Sequence record: NC_028950.1
Length of the DNA: 64,000 bases
Direction: 5' to 3' (one strand)
Below, one piece after another: positions 1 through 10,408 of this stretch. The first letter of the stretch is position 1; every line of letters starts with the position of its first letter. The notes beneath the pieces are model-generated. The model was not told the DNA's origin, made no database searches, and saw nothing but the letters and a program-made list of their open reading frames with translations. Position numbers and translations under genes: made by a program.

Positions 1-105
1 ACGGTTCCCAACGGTTACACGCGAGTGGTTCGTGGCACGAAGATGTATCTCGCTAAGAGCTACGACGACGTGCAGTTCCTCGTGCAAGCACAGGCGGCTC
101 CGTAA
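1..105 (+). CDS. 3' end of a gene running in from the left edge (probable virion protein), partial
   Basis: Frame 1 is open (TVPNGYTRVVRGTKMYLAKSYDDVQFLVQAQAAP*); its TAA overlaps the ATG of the next gene at 105. Confidence 0.6.
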   Translation, partial: TVPNGYTRVVRGTKMYLAKSYDDVQFLVQAQAAP

Positions 106-737
106 TGGCAAGCGAACTCCTCCCAGGAATTGGGGCTTCAGGGGATTGGACCCTCAAGCCTCCTTTCGATTCCAAGTACACTGCCGGTCTTGCTTATAGC
201 TGTCGAGCGATCAACAAGATCAGCGCCATGGTGGCGACGGGTATCGATGTCCTGAACACCCTCTTCATCCCTGCTGGTCTGACGGCCGCTGATTACGATG
301 CGGCAGTTGCAGCTGACCTCTCGATGGTCACGTTGCAGTCCACGGCCGGTCAGCTGATCATTCTGCCTTCGACGTATCTGGCAGGATGGCCGAGCGGTGA
401 CTCCGTACCTTACGTTGTAATGGGCATGGTGATCAATCTCGGTCCGATTCCGAACACGATTGACCCGACCTTCCTCACGGCAAAGGTTGAACCGGTCATC
501 AAGAACGCTTTGGGGCTGGATCCGGAGATCCACTACGTTACGTTGTCGGAAACGACCAACAAGACGTGGAGTGATCACACGGCTCAGGAGAATATCCGAA
601 CTGCCGCAATCAACGACGACAATTCGGATTACATCAAACGTTTGAATGCTGAAGCTGCATTGACGGCTGCACAAGCCCAGATCGCAGCACTCCAGCAAGT
701 CATCATCGATGCTGGTCTGACCATACCGAGCGCATAA
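105..737 (+). CDS. phiKZ-like putative virion structural protein
   Basis: 210-aa ORF with normal codon usage, translationally coupled to the upstream gene; resembles phiKZ-family structural proteins from recall only. Confidence 0.55.
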   Translation: MASELLPGIGASGDWTLKPPFDSKYTAGLAYSCRAINKISAMVATGIDVLNTLFIPAGLTAADYDAAVAADLSMVTLQSTAGQLIILPSTYLAGWPSGDSVPYVVMGMVINLGPIPNTIDPTFLTAKVEPVIKNALGLDPEIHYVTLSETTNKTWSDHTAQENIRTAAINDDNSDYIKRLNAEAALTAAQAQIAALQQVIIDAGLTIPSA

Positions 738-743
738 ACGAAA

Positions 744-779
744 CATAATCCACTCTCCCTCACGGGAGAGTGGATTATG
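744..779. terminator. Perfect 16-bp hairpin between convergent genes (probable bidirectional terminator)
   Basis: CATAATCCACTCTCCC-tcac-GGGAGAGTGGATTATG; the loop reads GTGA (GNRA) on the minus strand. Confidence 0.75.
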
Positions 780-785
780 ACCCAT

Positions 786-1472
786 TTAGCTCGGATACGC
801 ACCGCGAGCGGGCGTGAAGGTGTTCCAGTACTGCCAGCCTTGCCACATGCGCAAACGGTCCATATATCCGTTCATGGTAGTGTTCGCCATATTGCTTGAG
901 TTACCGATCAGCATCGAGCCTGTATTATTCCCCCAAGTCCCTGACCAAGTAACTTCAGTATCTGGCACTCCGTTGCGCAAATAACGCAACGTGTTACCTT
1001 TCCTTGTAAAGCAATGGTGGATCCAATTGACAGGCGTAGTGATGAGGTTAGTGGACTTAAGCACAACTGATCCAGTATCATCCATAAAGCACGGATATCC
1101 TGCATTCGATCCAATATTTCCGACACCAGTCCCGGACGGACCTGATTTACTTAAAGCAGTTTGCCAGCCAGTAGTACCCTGACCACCAGCCAACCAATAT
1201 TCGATGGTAAAATCTCCGGTAAATTGGAGGTTTCCAGCGGTCTGTGCGTAAACGTAAGCAGTGCCGTTTGCGCCTAGATAAAAAGACTGTGATCCGTTAA
1301 TGAAAGTTGTAGATGAAAGAGTGCCTCCGTAATTTCCTGTTGTTCTCGACGTAGTCTGGAGGTCTTTTGGCGGATAGGTTTCGAAGTCCATGGCCAGCAC
1401 GAGTACGCCAGTAGGCGTATCGCTGGTCTGGGAAAACCCCGTCTTCTTTTTCATGAGCATCGCAGATAACAT
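786..1472 (-). CDS. LamG/concanavalin A-like lectin-domain protein (putative tail/receptor-binding accessory)
   Basis: FTGDFTIEYW, WIHHCFTRKGNTLRYLRNG and GYMDRLRMW motifs typical of the Laminin_G_3 fold. Confidence 0.75.
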   Translation of the reverse strand: MLSAMLMKKKTGFSQTSDTPTGVLVLAMDFETYPPKDLQTTSRTTGNYGGTLSSTTFINGSQSFYLGANGTAYVYAQTAGNLQFTGDFTIEYWLAGGQGTTGWQTALSKSGPSGTGVGNIGSNAGYPCFMDDTGSVVLKSTNLITTPVNWIHHCFTRKGNTLRYLRNGVPDTEVTWSGTWGNNTGSMLIGNSSNMANTTMNGYMDRLRMWQGWQYWNTFTPARGAYPS

Positions 1473-1554
1473 TTATTTTCTCGGAAGGTTAAATGCATAG
1501 GATCCGAAATGATCTTGTGATTTTAGGATAGAGACGATTAAGTAAGGATAGATT

Positions 1555-2106
1555 ATGCAAGCATTGGCGAAAATATCCGGCGCCTGGAAAAACGTCAAGC
1601 AAATTTTCATTAACCAGGCTGGTTCCTGGAAACAAGTCAAGCAAGGTTGGATAAAAGTAGACGGAGTCTGGAAGCAGTTCTACTCCGCTTTCACTCCAGT
1701 CCAAGCTACTGGTAGTATTGCAACTTACCAGAAAAGCCAATACAACAACAGCGTGGAAAATGGTCTGACTCTTCTTCAGCCAGCAGGCACTTTGTTTAGT
1801 GGATTTGCTTTATCGTATCTGGTCATGGGTATCACTTACGATTCCACGAGCAAAACGAAGATCATCAACTATGCATTCGGTTTGTATTTTGATACTTCTG
1901 GTCCACAGCCTACTGGAATCGGAAATATCAAGGTAACAAATTTGACCACAGGGATTGCTATGACTCTTTCACCAGAGCCTACTGCTTCTCCCTGGTTGTG
2001 GAGTTATTACTGGCCCAACAATACGGGTCAGAATTACCCAGATAACCCGTATGACAGTTGGATTGAAAACAATTCGACGGATGTATTTCAGTTTGACCCG
2101 GCATAA
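1555..2106 (+). CDS. Putative tail-fibre accessory protein with N-terminal GxWK repeats
   Basis: N-terminus GAWKNV..GSWKQV..GVWKQF followed by a Y/N/G/T-rich domain. Confidence 0.6.
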   Translation: MQALAKISGAWKNVKQIFINQAGSWKQVKQGWIKVDGVWKQFYSAFTPVQATGSIATYQKSQYNNSVENGLTLLQPAGTLFSGFALSYLVMGITYDSTSKTKIINYAFGLYFDTSGPQPTGIGNIKVTNLTTGIAMTLSPEPTASPWLWSYYWPNNTGQNYPDNPYDSWIENNSTDVFQFDPA

Positions 2107-2113
2107 AGACATA

Positions 2114-2143
2114 GACTACTGCTGGCTTGCGCCAGCAGTAGTC
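2114..2143. terminator. Hairpin between convergent genes
   Basis: GACTACTGCTGGC-ttgc-GCCAGCAGTAGTC (GCAA loop on the minus strand). Confidence 0.7.
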
Positions 2144-2149
2144 GTATGT

Positions 2150-4660
2150 TCAGCTGATTACCACATGCTCGTTGTAAACGATATTCGTCGGCAACAACAC
2201 GTTGTCCTTACTCAGTACACAGGTCTGAGCGAGGTTCGACAAAGCACCGTGGTTAGACTCATAGTGAGACACCATGTAAATCTGACCAAAGGCTTGTTCG
2301 TCCAACAGCTTCTTAACGAAATAGATAGCTGCCTGACGATGAGTGTCGTCGAACGCTGCTTCGAACTCGTCCAAGAAGAGGGGCAAGTGTCCAAGCCCAA
2401 GTTGCCTCAACGCACACATCCGGAAAGCGAAATTGAAAATCGCTAGCATCGAAGCAGAGCCCTCCGCTACATCCTTGTTGGGCTTCCCAGTGCGTTCCTT
2501 CCAGAAAGGGAACTTGTAGTCCATCTCCGCCGTACCATCTTCCATTGTGAAAGGCAGGAGTTCGAGGGGATAGGACCATACGGAACCGACGACCTTGTTC
2601 ATCCTCGTCACGAAGACGTTGATAAACCGATGCAGCCCTTCGGCTATGGCTCCATTCGTTGGGGACAGAGCGATGTGGGCCGCTTTCGCGATCCGCTCGT
2701 TCATATGTGCTTCCTCCAGCTGACGGATGATTTCGTCGACCACTAACTGCTGCTGTGTAGCAGCGTTCAATGCGTCTTCTTTCCGCGCTAGTTGGGTGTT
2801 CAACGACATAATGAGATACCACAGTAACTCCTGATATCTGGAATAGATGTAATCCTTGGCGTACTTGGACTGCATCTGTGTGTTGTTGAGCAGCTGCTCA
2901 TTCAGTTTGGCGTTCCGATCGTAAGCCGCGATCAGATTCTCGAACGTCGTCACTTCGTCTTGAAGAGTGCGGAGCTTCTGGGTCTGGATTCCCATCGTCT
3001 CCTCAATGTGACGCAGATCTTTCTCAATGACTTCGAGTGAGTCAGCATCCATGTTCTTCTTCAGAGCGATTTGCTCCAACGCATGAGTAATGACTTTAGC
3101 TGCACGCTGCATGTCGATCTGGTGGTCCAGATCACTACCGACAGAATGCAAGTCATGAACGATCGTCTGCGGATACAGCTTGAGACGATTATTCTGCGTG
3201 ATCTCGTTGAAGTACGCAGACAGGATCGGAGCCGAACGCATAAGCAGAACTACAGCACGGAAGTTCGTGAAGTATTCATTCGCTTCAGCCAGATGCTTAG
3301 CGCGATTCTCACGAATGCGCCAGATCGTATCGAGTCGTTCCTGCAAGCTCTTGACGATCCCTTCAGCCTTAACAAGATCTTCTTCGGATGCCTGATTGAG
3401 CCATTTGTGGTGACACGACGGACATTCGATCGAATCTTGCTGAACGTGGGAGCGACGATGCGCTATATCCTCCGTTAAACGGGCTATACGGGCTCTCAGA
3501 GGGCCTGCTTCAGCATCGATCTCACGGATGGACTCTTCGTACTTCTGAACGCGCTCAGGCGTGAATACGCCGTCGTTAGCGACCAGACGGTTTAATGCTT
3601 CAACCAGATCCGATTGCAGTTCGAGGAAGACTTCCTTGGCTTGCTGAGCATCTGAAGGAGGGGTGATCTTGTTGAATACCAGATAGTTGGCCTTGAATGC
3701 GATTTCATCCTGAGCATCCTTGACCTTCTTTTCCAGTTCGCCGATCGATTCCGTTCCGGCTTTCACCAGCAGATCGTACTTCTTCTTGATGCGGGTATGA
3801 TCCGCAAACAAGTGCTGGGACAGCTGCTGGGTCGAATGGATCTGAAGCTTGGCGGCATCTCGTGCTTCCACGAGTTCTTCACGCGACTCGTAGCCACAGT
3901 TCTCCAACATCGTGTTGTTCAGGCGATCGACCTCGTTACATGCCGTCTGAAGCATCTGATCGAGACCTGCCATCTGTGTCATGATTACATCGGGCTTTTC
4001 AGCCTGAGCATTACGCATGCCATAGATTTCCTGGATCAGCTTCTTGATCTCGGAAGTCTCTTCCTTCATCTGCAAGACGACATCTTTGTCAACGAGCTTG
4101 TTGGTCTCATCGACTTGGCGCTTTTGCAAACGCTTGATCATGCCTTGAGCATCGCGGTGCTGGTCCTGAAGCTTCTTGTACGCACTCATGGCATACGTGA
4201 AGTCCGTATCAGCCAAACGGATCATCCAGTAGCGACGACGGCTAGGACTCATCTCCGTCAGCTTTTCATAACCGAGAGCGAGACTACGGATCTCTTCAGT
4301 TACACCGAAATGCTCCAGACACAGAGCGCGGCACATCTCGATCTTGAATCCATCGTTCAGTTCAATACCGTCGACGATAAATTCGTGTTTCGGTTTATTG
4401 TTCTCGAACGTGGAGATGATCTGGTATTGATGGCCGTTGTACGTGCATTGGAAATCTTTCTTGCCCCCAACACCGAAATCGTCTTTGTTGGCAGGCAGGG
4501 GCCAGAGTTCATGCATGAAAGAACTCTTGCCAGCACCATTGGTGCCGAGAATTGTTTGGAGAGCATAAGCGGAATCAGGAGTAAACAGAATCCGACTTCC
4601 GGTTAGGCTCATGCGAATATAGTTCACGAGTTCTACGCTCGTGATAATCATCTTGCTCAT
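2150..4660 (-). CDS. sbcC: SbcC/Rad50-like SMC ATPase
   Basis: Walker A GTNGAGKS, long coiled coils, central CPSC zinc hook, signature-like GSAS, Walker B LFLDEFE, terminal SH. Confidence 0.9.
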   Translation of the reverse strand: MSKMIITSVELVNYIRMSLTGSRILFTPDSAYALQTILGTNGAGKSSFMHELWPLPANKDDFGVGGKKDFQCTYNGHQYQIISTFENNKPKHEFIVDGIELNDGFKIEMCRALCLEHFGVTEEIRSLALGYEKLTEMSPSRRRYWMIRLADTDFTYAMSAYKKLQDQHRDAQGMIKRLQKRQVDETNKLVDKDVVLQMKEETSEIKKLIQEIYGMRNAQAEKPDVIMTQMAGLDQMLQTACNEVDRLNNTMLENCGYESREELVEARDAAKLQIHSTQQLSQHLFADHTRIKKKYDLLVKAGTESIGELEKKVKDAQDEIAFKANYLVFNKITPPSDAQQAKEVFLELQSDLVEALNRLVANDGVFTPERVQKYEESIREIDAEAGPLRARIARLTEDIAHRRSHVQQDSIECPSCHHKWLNQASEEDLVKAEGIVKSLQERLDTIWRIRENRAKHLAEANEYFTNFRAVVLLMRSAPILSAYFNEITQNNRLKLYPQTIVHDLHSVGSDLDHQIDMQRAAKVITHALEQIALKKNMDADSLEVIEKDLRHIEETMGIQTQKLRTLQDEVTTFENLIAAYDRNAKLNEQLLNNTQMQSKYAKDYIYSRYQELLWYLIMSLNTQLARKEDALNAATQQQLVVDEIIRQLEEAHMNERIAKAAHIALSPTNGAIAEGLHRFINVFVTRMNKVVGSVWSYPLELLPFTMEDGTAEMDYKFPFWKERTGKPNKDVAEGSASMLAIFNFAFRMCALRQLGLGHLPLFLDEFEAAFDDTHRQAAIYFVKKLLDEQAFGQIYMVSHYESNHGALSNLAQTCVLSKDNVLLPTNIVYNEHVVIS

Positions 4661-4726
4661 TCACGTCCTCTTGTTGGACAGCGGGTACAGATAATACGAT
4701 CAACTGATAAATTTTTAGGAACCGAT

Positions 4727-5728
4727 ATGGCTGCAGATACTCCGGTGAATTCCACGCCCGGAACACCTGACCCCAGTGGGTCCAAATTTCATTTCTATTC
4801 CTTCGGGACCGTCGGCGCAAATAAGCCTCGTCACGAAGGCAATGGTCCTTGCATGATGATCGAAGTCTTCCCGCAAGAGAAGTTTACTATGTCGGCTGGT
4901 GAAATTACCGACAACGTGGAGAAGATCGACGTCAAGGGCCAAGACGCTAGCGGTAATTCGTATCAAGGCAAGGTTGAATCCAAGCCGACTATCACCGCCA
5001 TGTGGCTGCCGATTGGAGAACCGAATCGAGTTACGCCTCCGGACGTGCGACGAGATGAGTTGGTCATCATCTATCGTTACGCCGATACCCAGTACTACTT
5101 CTGGTCGACTGCGTTCAACAATACGCTGCGGAAACTGGAAACGGTAACCCACTGGTATTCGGGTACGCCTGATGATGGTCCGAACGCAGATACGGAACGC
5201 ACGGGAGACAACGGTTACATCGTCGAAGTATCCACGCACGACGGTCACATCCTGATCTCGACGTCCAAGAAGAACGGCGAGAAGTGCCGTTATACCTGCG
5301 CTTTCGATACCAAGAACGGCCAGTTCAATCTGCAAGACGATCTGGGTAATGACATCCAGCTTGATTCCGTTGGCGGCGTTCTGACTGCTACGACGGAAAA
5401 CCAGATCATTCACAACACGAAGAAATTCACCTCGAACTGCGAAACGTTTGAAGTGAATGCCTCCCAGGCAGTGAACATCAACACACCCAAGACAACGATG
5501 TCGAAAGACATGGAAGTCGGTGGCAATTCACTGCAGAAAGGTTTCGCCAACTTTACCACTGGCATCGGTGGTGGAGGATCAGGCGACACCGCAGCTGACC
5601 TGGAGTTCAAGGGCAACGTCACTCAGACGGGCAACTGGACGACCAATGGCGAACAGACCATCAACGGCGAACTCACCGTTCATGGCACGGGTACTTTCGA
5701 CGGCAACGTCAACGCACCGAACGTATAA
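4727..5728 (+). CDS. Baseplate central spike / gp5-like puncturing protein
   Basis: OB-like N-terminal region (AMWLPIGEPNRVTPPDVRRDE) and C-terminal beta-helix repeats (GNVTQTGNWTTNGEQTINGELTVHG). Confidence 0.7.
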   Translation: MAADTPVNSTPGTPDPSGSKFHFYSFGTVGANKPRHEGNGPCMMIEVFPQEKFTMSAGEITDNVEKIDVKGQDASGNSYQGKVESKPTITAMWLPIGEPNRVTPPDVRRDELVIIYRYADTQYYFWSTAFNNTLRKLETVTHWYSGTPDDGPNADTERTGDNGYIVEVSTHDGHILISTSKKNGEKCRYTCAFDTKNGQFNLQDDLGNDIQLDSVGGVLTATTENQIIHNTKKFTSNCETFEVNASQAVNINTPKTTMSKDMEVGGNSLQKGFANFTTGIGGGGSGDTAADLEFKGNVTQTGNWTTNGEQTINGELTVHGTGTFDGNVNAPNV

Positions 5729-5737
5729 CACACAGAC

Positions 5738-5765
5738 TACAGAGAGGGCTTGCGCCCTCTCTGTA
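5738..5765. terminator. Hairpin between convergent genes
   Basis: TACAGAGAGGGC-ttgc-GCCCTCTCTGTA. Confidence 0.7.
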
Positions 5766-5772
5766 TGTCCGT

Positions 5773-7050
5773 TTATGCTACCTGGATTTGAATCTCTTCT
5801 TCGATGAGTTTCACGAACATGGCGTCACCCAATGTTCCTGCTTTACCCATCCACATCTGGTTATCCACCGCTACCCGATCATCCGAGCCCACAGTGTTAA
5901 ACAGATAGTTTCGTTTGAAGGTGTCGTGGCAACGCAGCAGCCAACCACCAGCCTCGTATTGCGACCAGTAGACTTCATGCTTGCCTTCACCCGTGACCAG
6001 AGGCCACTTGGGTTCTTCCCACGACATGAAGGTGTGGGGAACGGTTTGCTTCTCCGGATAAGTACGCTCAACAACCAGCGTCGCCGTATCCAGCAACACC
6101 ATGAATGACTGACTCATGGTGAAGTAATTCTGGAGATAAGCTTGTGACTTGAACTGCTGAGCGATCACCCAGTTCGGATTGTCGACCTGATGCTGGATGT
6201 TGAACGCCGAGAAGTCCAGATACGGTTCGCTCTCGAAGTAACGCTCCAGGAACGGGTACTTGAACGTCTTGAATGTCAGTACGTTCGTGTTGGTCAAGAG
6301 CACCTGATCGTTATCCGGCAAGAGCATGTAGCCGCCGAGAATCAGAATCGGAGTCTTCACACACAGATCGCAATCGCTGAACTTGATGTGGACTTTGTCG
6401 ACCAGACCCGTATCCGGATTCAGATCGAACGACAACATATCCGGCGTGATTGCGTGGATGTCGAACGTACCGAAAGTAGCGAACGACAGGAGACCCAGTT
6501 GATTCGCGCCTGACTTCATCCGCGACTTGTTACCGTCGATGATGTAATAGCCTTTCGAATCCGCCGCCGAGTTATGGTAGAAACCATTCACATTGGGCAG
6601 GATCTTCGAGCGCATGGTGATGTAGTCGAAACCCTGTTGATCGCCGAGTTCGTCAGGCTTCACCACGACGTGAGGTTTCTGTTCCTGAGTCAGTTCGACA
6701 CCCGCTCCGACCATATAGTCGATGGAGTCTGCCCAGAAGTCAGCTTCCCACAAATCGCTGAAGATTGCGTTGTTTCGAACGATGACCGGGCTACCTACGA
6801 CAGTAGGTAAAGTTTTATTGCCATTCGCGGTCAGATAGTCTGAAATCGTCCCCACATTGGCTTGGATGCCAGCAGCAACGTTTTCCAGATCCAGCGTCAA
6901 TTCCGTGTCGGTGATTCCGTCCGTCAGGACGACGTAGATCTGGCGGTATTTGGTCAGGAGAGTGCTCGTCTGGATAGCCGAAATGTCGACTTCCGACCAG
7001 CGTTTATTTGTGCCGGGTTCCACGGCGAGAGCACGAACGAAGGTGTACAT
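5773..7050 (-). CDS. phiKZ-like virion structural protein
   Basis: 425-aa ORF with phage codon bias, adjacent to spike and fibre genes; family resemblance from recall. Confidence 0.55.
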   Translation of the reverse strand: MYTFVRALAVEPGTNKRWSEVDISAIQTSTLLTKYRQIYVVLTDGITDTELTLDLENVAAGIQANVGTISDYLTANGNKTLPTVVGSPVIVRNNAIFSDLWEADFWADSIDYMVGAGVELTQEQKPHVVVKPDELGDQQGFDYITMRSKILPNVNGFYHNSAADSKGYYIIDGNKSRMKSGANQLGLLSFATFGTFDIHAITPDMLSFDLNPDTGLVDKVHIKFSDCDLCVKTPILILGGYMLLPDNDQVLLTNTNVLTFKTFKYPFLERYFESEPYLDFSAFNIQHQVDNPNWVIAQQFKSQAYLQNYFTMSQSFMVLLDTATLVVERTYPEKQTVPHTFMSWEEPKWPLVTGEGKHEVYWSQYEAGGWLLRCHDTFKRNYLFNTVGSDDRVAVDNQMWMGKAGTLGDAMFVKLIEEEIQIQVA

Positions 7051-7136
7051 AAATTCCTCTCTCTTGACCCTGAGGGGTCAAGAATAATATGACCTCAAAA
7101 TTAATGTTTTATCTTATTTAACCGGAGAATGCAGTT

Positions 7137-9209
7137 ATGTCCGATCCCGTGACCAGCTATCCGTTTGACCCTACGGGGCAAGCGGCTGGCAATCGAATCG
7201 TGGATGAACAGATCGTCGTCCTCCCTCCGGGTGACCGACTGTTCCAGTTCGCCATGCCAGTCTTCGGTCCTTTCTTCGAGGAAGGACACTCGCTGAAGCT
7301 GCGTGATATCAATAACAACGTCACACCATTAGTCTTGGGTGTCGACTATTACCTCAGCCACAAGTTCATGGATGCCTCTCTGGCTACCATGCACCCGATC
7401 TGGGGTTCGTTCAGCTTCCTGAAGCCGATCTCCGGTGTTCTGCTCGCAACGTATCAGACGCTGGGCGGTATCTGGACGATCGATCAAGCGACGATCACTG
7501 AAATCCTGATGAACACGAGTCAGAACCCGCGTATTACTACGTGGGAACAGGTCGTGTCGCGTCCGGTGGATTTCCCGGTGATCGATCACCCGTGGAATCT
7601 GGCCGATATGGTCGGCATGTCGGAAATCTACGGCGTGCTGGAGAACTTCTACACCGCCTATCTCGCGTCTCTGGACCCGAATGGTGGTGGTGGCGGCTCC
7701 TCGATCATCATCGATCACATCAACAACAAGAACAACCCTCACCAGGTGACTGCGGCGCAAACTGGGGCCTATAGCACGCTCCAGATCGACACGATGCTGG
7801 GCGGCTATGTCACGACGACGGGTACTGCTGCGAACTCGACCCTGTTCAATGGGAAGACGTACGCGCAAATGCTGACGGATGTGGTTAACGTGAAGGTGAC
7901 TAGCGCTACCTCTGCAGACAACGCAACGCATGCAACCAACGCCGATACCGCGACAAACGCCAATGCACTTGGTAACAAGAGCCTGGCGCAGTTGATGACC
8001 GACGTGGCAAACACGAAGGTGGCAAATGCCGCTCATGCAGACAACGCTGACCACGCGACCAATGCCGATTTGGCCACCAACTCCAACCAGTTGGGCGGTT
8101 CGACCCTGACTCAGGTATTGTCTGCGGCAGCTGCTCAGACGTCCGCCAATACGACGGAATTCAATGGCAAGACGTATGACCAGGCCAAGGCAGACATTCT
8201 GTCTGGTCAGGCCGCGGACTCCGCCATGCTGGCAGGTCAGACGCTCGCACAGATCATGGCAACGCTCCAGCAGGCAACGGGCGATGCTACGACTCTCGAC
8301 GGCAAGTCGTATACCGACATCATGAACGCTGTGGTGACCACCAAGGTCAACAACGCGACCAATGCGGATACGGCAGCCAACGCAACGGCTCTCGGCGGTC
8401 AGACCCTCTCGCAGATTCTGACATCAGTGGCAGGTGTGGTTCCTGACCTGGCACACAACTCGGAAGCCGTCTACGGCTACACGTTCGATCAGCTGGTGAC
8501 GGCGATCGTTCAAAGTGGTACGTATTCGAACGCACTGGCTTATCTGGCAGTGGATCTGGACATCGCCCATGGCACGGTTCAGCAGCTGAACAACGGTGGT
8601 ACGGTTGATGCCAACTTCAACTACCTGTTCCTGGGTTCGTTCCCGATCCCGACGACTGGTTCGTCCAACCAGTATTACGACCCGACGGTAACTCGCGTCT
8701 CGTCGTCGTTTGATCTGTTCTTCTACTTCCAGGGCTCCACGATTCGTGTGCGTGCGGATGTAGTGATCAACGCCGATCAGACGATGAGCATGTCGCTGTA
8801 CAGCGATGAAGGCGACGTGTCGACGATTCTGTCCATTGGTTACCGTTCTGTCCCGAGCACTCTGCTGTCGAGCGACGGTACGAAGACGGGCATGACCAAC
8901 GAAGTTTACGTCAAGTTCGCGAAGACTTCGAACCTGCGTAAGCTGGGTGTATTCCAGTGGATCAAGAATGACTTCCTGTTGGACGAATCGGAGACTCTCA
9001 GTCTCTACGACAACACGAACGTCAAACTGAACACGGTGAACTGGGGTGGTATGGCGTTCACGGCTTTCGAAGCCAAGCTGAACACCAACCTCTCGAACGA
9101 AACCACCAACCGTACTAACGCCGATACGGCGATCCGTACGGACACTCAGGCAGCACTCGATGCGCTGGCTGATCAGATCAACACTCTCACCAGCACTCCG
9201 GCTGCTTAA
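7137..9209 (+). CDS. Tail fibre protein (phiKZ gp131-like N-terminus)
   Basis: N-terminal YPFDPTG..N.I..E motif of phiKZ-family fibres, HxxNxxNPHxVT motif, internal ADNATHATNAD..LG repeats. Confidence 0.75.
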   Translation: MSDPVTSYPFDPTGQAAGNRIVDEQIVVLPPGDRLFQFAMPVFGPFFEEGHSLKLRDINNNVTPLVLGVDYYLSHKFMDASLATMHPIWGSFSFLKPISGVLLATYQTLGGIWTIDQATITEILMNTSQNPRITTWEQVVSRPVDFPVIDHPWNLADMVGMSEIYGVLENFYTAYLASLDPNGGGGGSSIIIDHINNKNNPHQVTAAQTGAYSTLQIDTMLGGYVTTTGTAANSTLFNGKTYAQMLTDVVNVKVTSATSADNATHATNADTATNANALGNKSLAQLMTDVANTKVANAAHADNADHATNADLATNSNQLGGSTLTQVLSAAAAQTSANTTEFNGKTYDQAKADILSGQAADSAMLAGQTLAQIMATLQQATGDATTLDGKSYTDIMNAVVTTKVNNATNADTAANATALGGQTLSQILTSVAGVVPDLAHNSEAVYGYTFDQLVTAIVQSGTYSNALAYLAVDLDIAHGTVQQLNNGGTVDANFNYLFLGSFPIPTTGSSNQYYDPTVTRVSSSFDLFFYFQGSTIRVRADVVINADQTMSMSLYSDEGDVSTILSIGYRSVPSTLLSSDGTKTGMTNEVYVKFAKTSNLRKLGVFQWIKNDFLLDESETLSLYDNTNVKLNTVNWGGMAFTAFEAKLNTNLSNETTNRTNADTAIRTDTQAALDALADQINTLTSTPAA

Positions 9210-9220
9210 TCTGAGGAATC

Positions 9221-10342
9221 ATGAGCGACGTTACTATCACTCCCGTCTCACATGTTTTCGACGAGACCGGCACCCTTGCCGAGAACTACATCGAAAACGA
9301 ACAACGAGATCTGGCACAGCGCAACGTACGCGCTGCTTGCACGCGATACGGTGCTTTCTACATCGAATCGTTCAAGATCCGGGACGCCAACGGCAATCCG
9401 CTTTTGGCGAACCAATACCAGTTTGGTCTGTTCGCAGAAGAACTGTCCGAAAAGACTGGTAAGGAAATCGCAGGTGCGGTGATCATCACCGACCCGGCGG
9501 TGATTTCGCCTGTCTTCATGGACTACCAGTGTGTCGGTGGTCCGTGGGGCGCAACCAATGAGCAGATCATCGATCTGTTCACGGCGTTGATGACTGACGA
9601 CCGTCCTGTGACGTGGCCGAACATTCTGGGTAAACCGGATGGCTTCAAGCCCGCTCACCACTTCCAGGACATCGGTGACCTCTTCGGTGCCGAGTACTTC
9701 GTCAATGCGCTGGAGCGTCTGACGAACGCGTACCTCATGGGCGACAATGCGTCGCACGACGAGATTCTGCGTAACATCGATCAGCTGCGTCAGGACATGA
9801 ATCAGGGCTTGACTGACCTGAGTAATGCCCTGAAGGCATACGCGGATGCAGGCGATGCCCGTGTTCAGGCAAACCTGGATAACGAAGCTCAGATCCGCGC
9901 TCAGGCTGACACGACGCTCCAAGGCAACATCAACGCAGAAGCGACCACGCGTTCAAACGCTGATACGACGTTGCAGAACAACATCAATGCCGCGATCACG
10001 CATGCGGATAACGGCGATGCGACTCTGCAACAGAACATCAATTCGGAAGCAACTGCTCGTCAGAATGCCGATACTGCATTGAACACCAGCATCACTTCGG
10101 TGAACAATGCACTCGCTGCCCACGTGGCTGCGAAGGGTAACGTGCACAGTCTGACTCCGGCTCAGTTGGGCGTCTACACGACCGCACAGGTCGATGCTCT
10201 GATTGCCCAGATCAACAACCAGCTTACCGGCTATGTCAAGAAGAATGCCGGTGAAGACACTTCGCTTACCGTCAGCGGAGGCGTGTTGTATGGCTGGGTG
10301 GGTGGTGCATGGCGTGCAGTGTGGCCGCCCCAGTGGCAGTGA
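9221..10342 (+). CDS. Tail fibre-like virion protein with coiled-coil repeats
   Basis: phiKZ fibre-type N-terminus (WPNILGKPDGFKPAHHFQDIGDLFG), ~18-aa E..R..AD..LQ..I repeats, GNVHSLTPAQLG, C-terminal GGAWRAVW. Confidence 0.7.
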   Translation: MSDVTITPVSHVFDETGTLAENYIENEQRDLAQRNVRAACTRYGAFYIESFKIRDANGNPLLANQYQFGLFAEELSEKTGKEIAGAVIITDPAVISPVFMDYQCVGGPWGATNEQIIDLFTALMTDDRPVTWPNILGKPDGFKPAHHFQDIGDLFGAEYFVNALERLTNAYLMGDNASHDEILRNIDQLRQDMNQGLTDLSNALKAYADAGDARVQANLDNEAQIRAQADTTLQGNINAEATTRSNADTTLQNNINAAITHADNGDATLQQNINSEATARQNADTALNTSITSVNNALAAHVAAKGNVHSLTPAQLGVYTTAQVDALIAQINNQLTGYVKKNAGEDTSLTVSGGVLYGWVGGAWRAVWPPQWQ

Positions 10343-10408
10343 TAATTACGTCACAAATATAAAAAGTAAACAGACGTCGGGATATAGTGACTCTATAAGG
10401 ATACGATC

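Noticed and set aside
7081-7095. TATG late-promoter motifs upstream of structural genes
   Set aside because: A 4-nt motif in AT-rich spacers is expected by chance and cannot be supported without TSS data.
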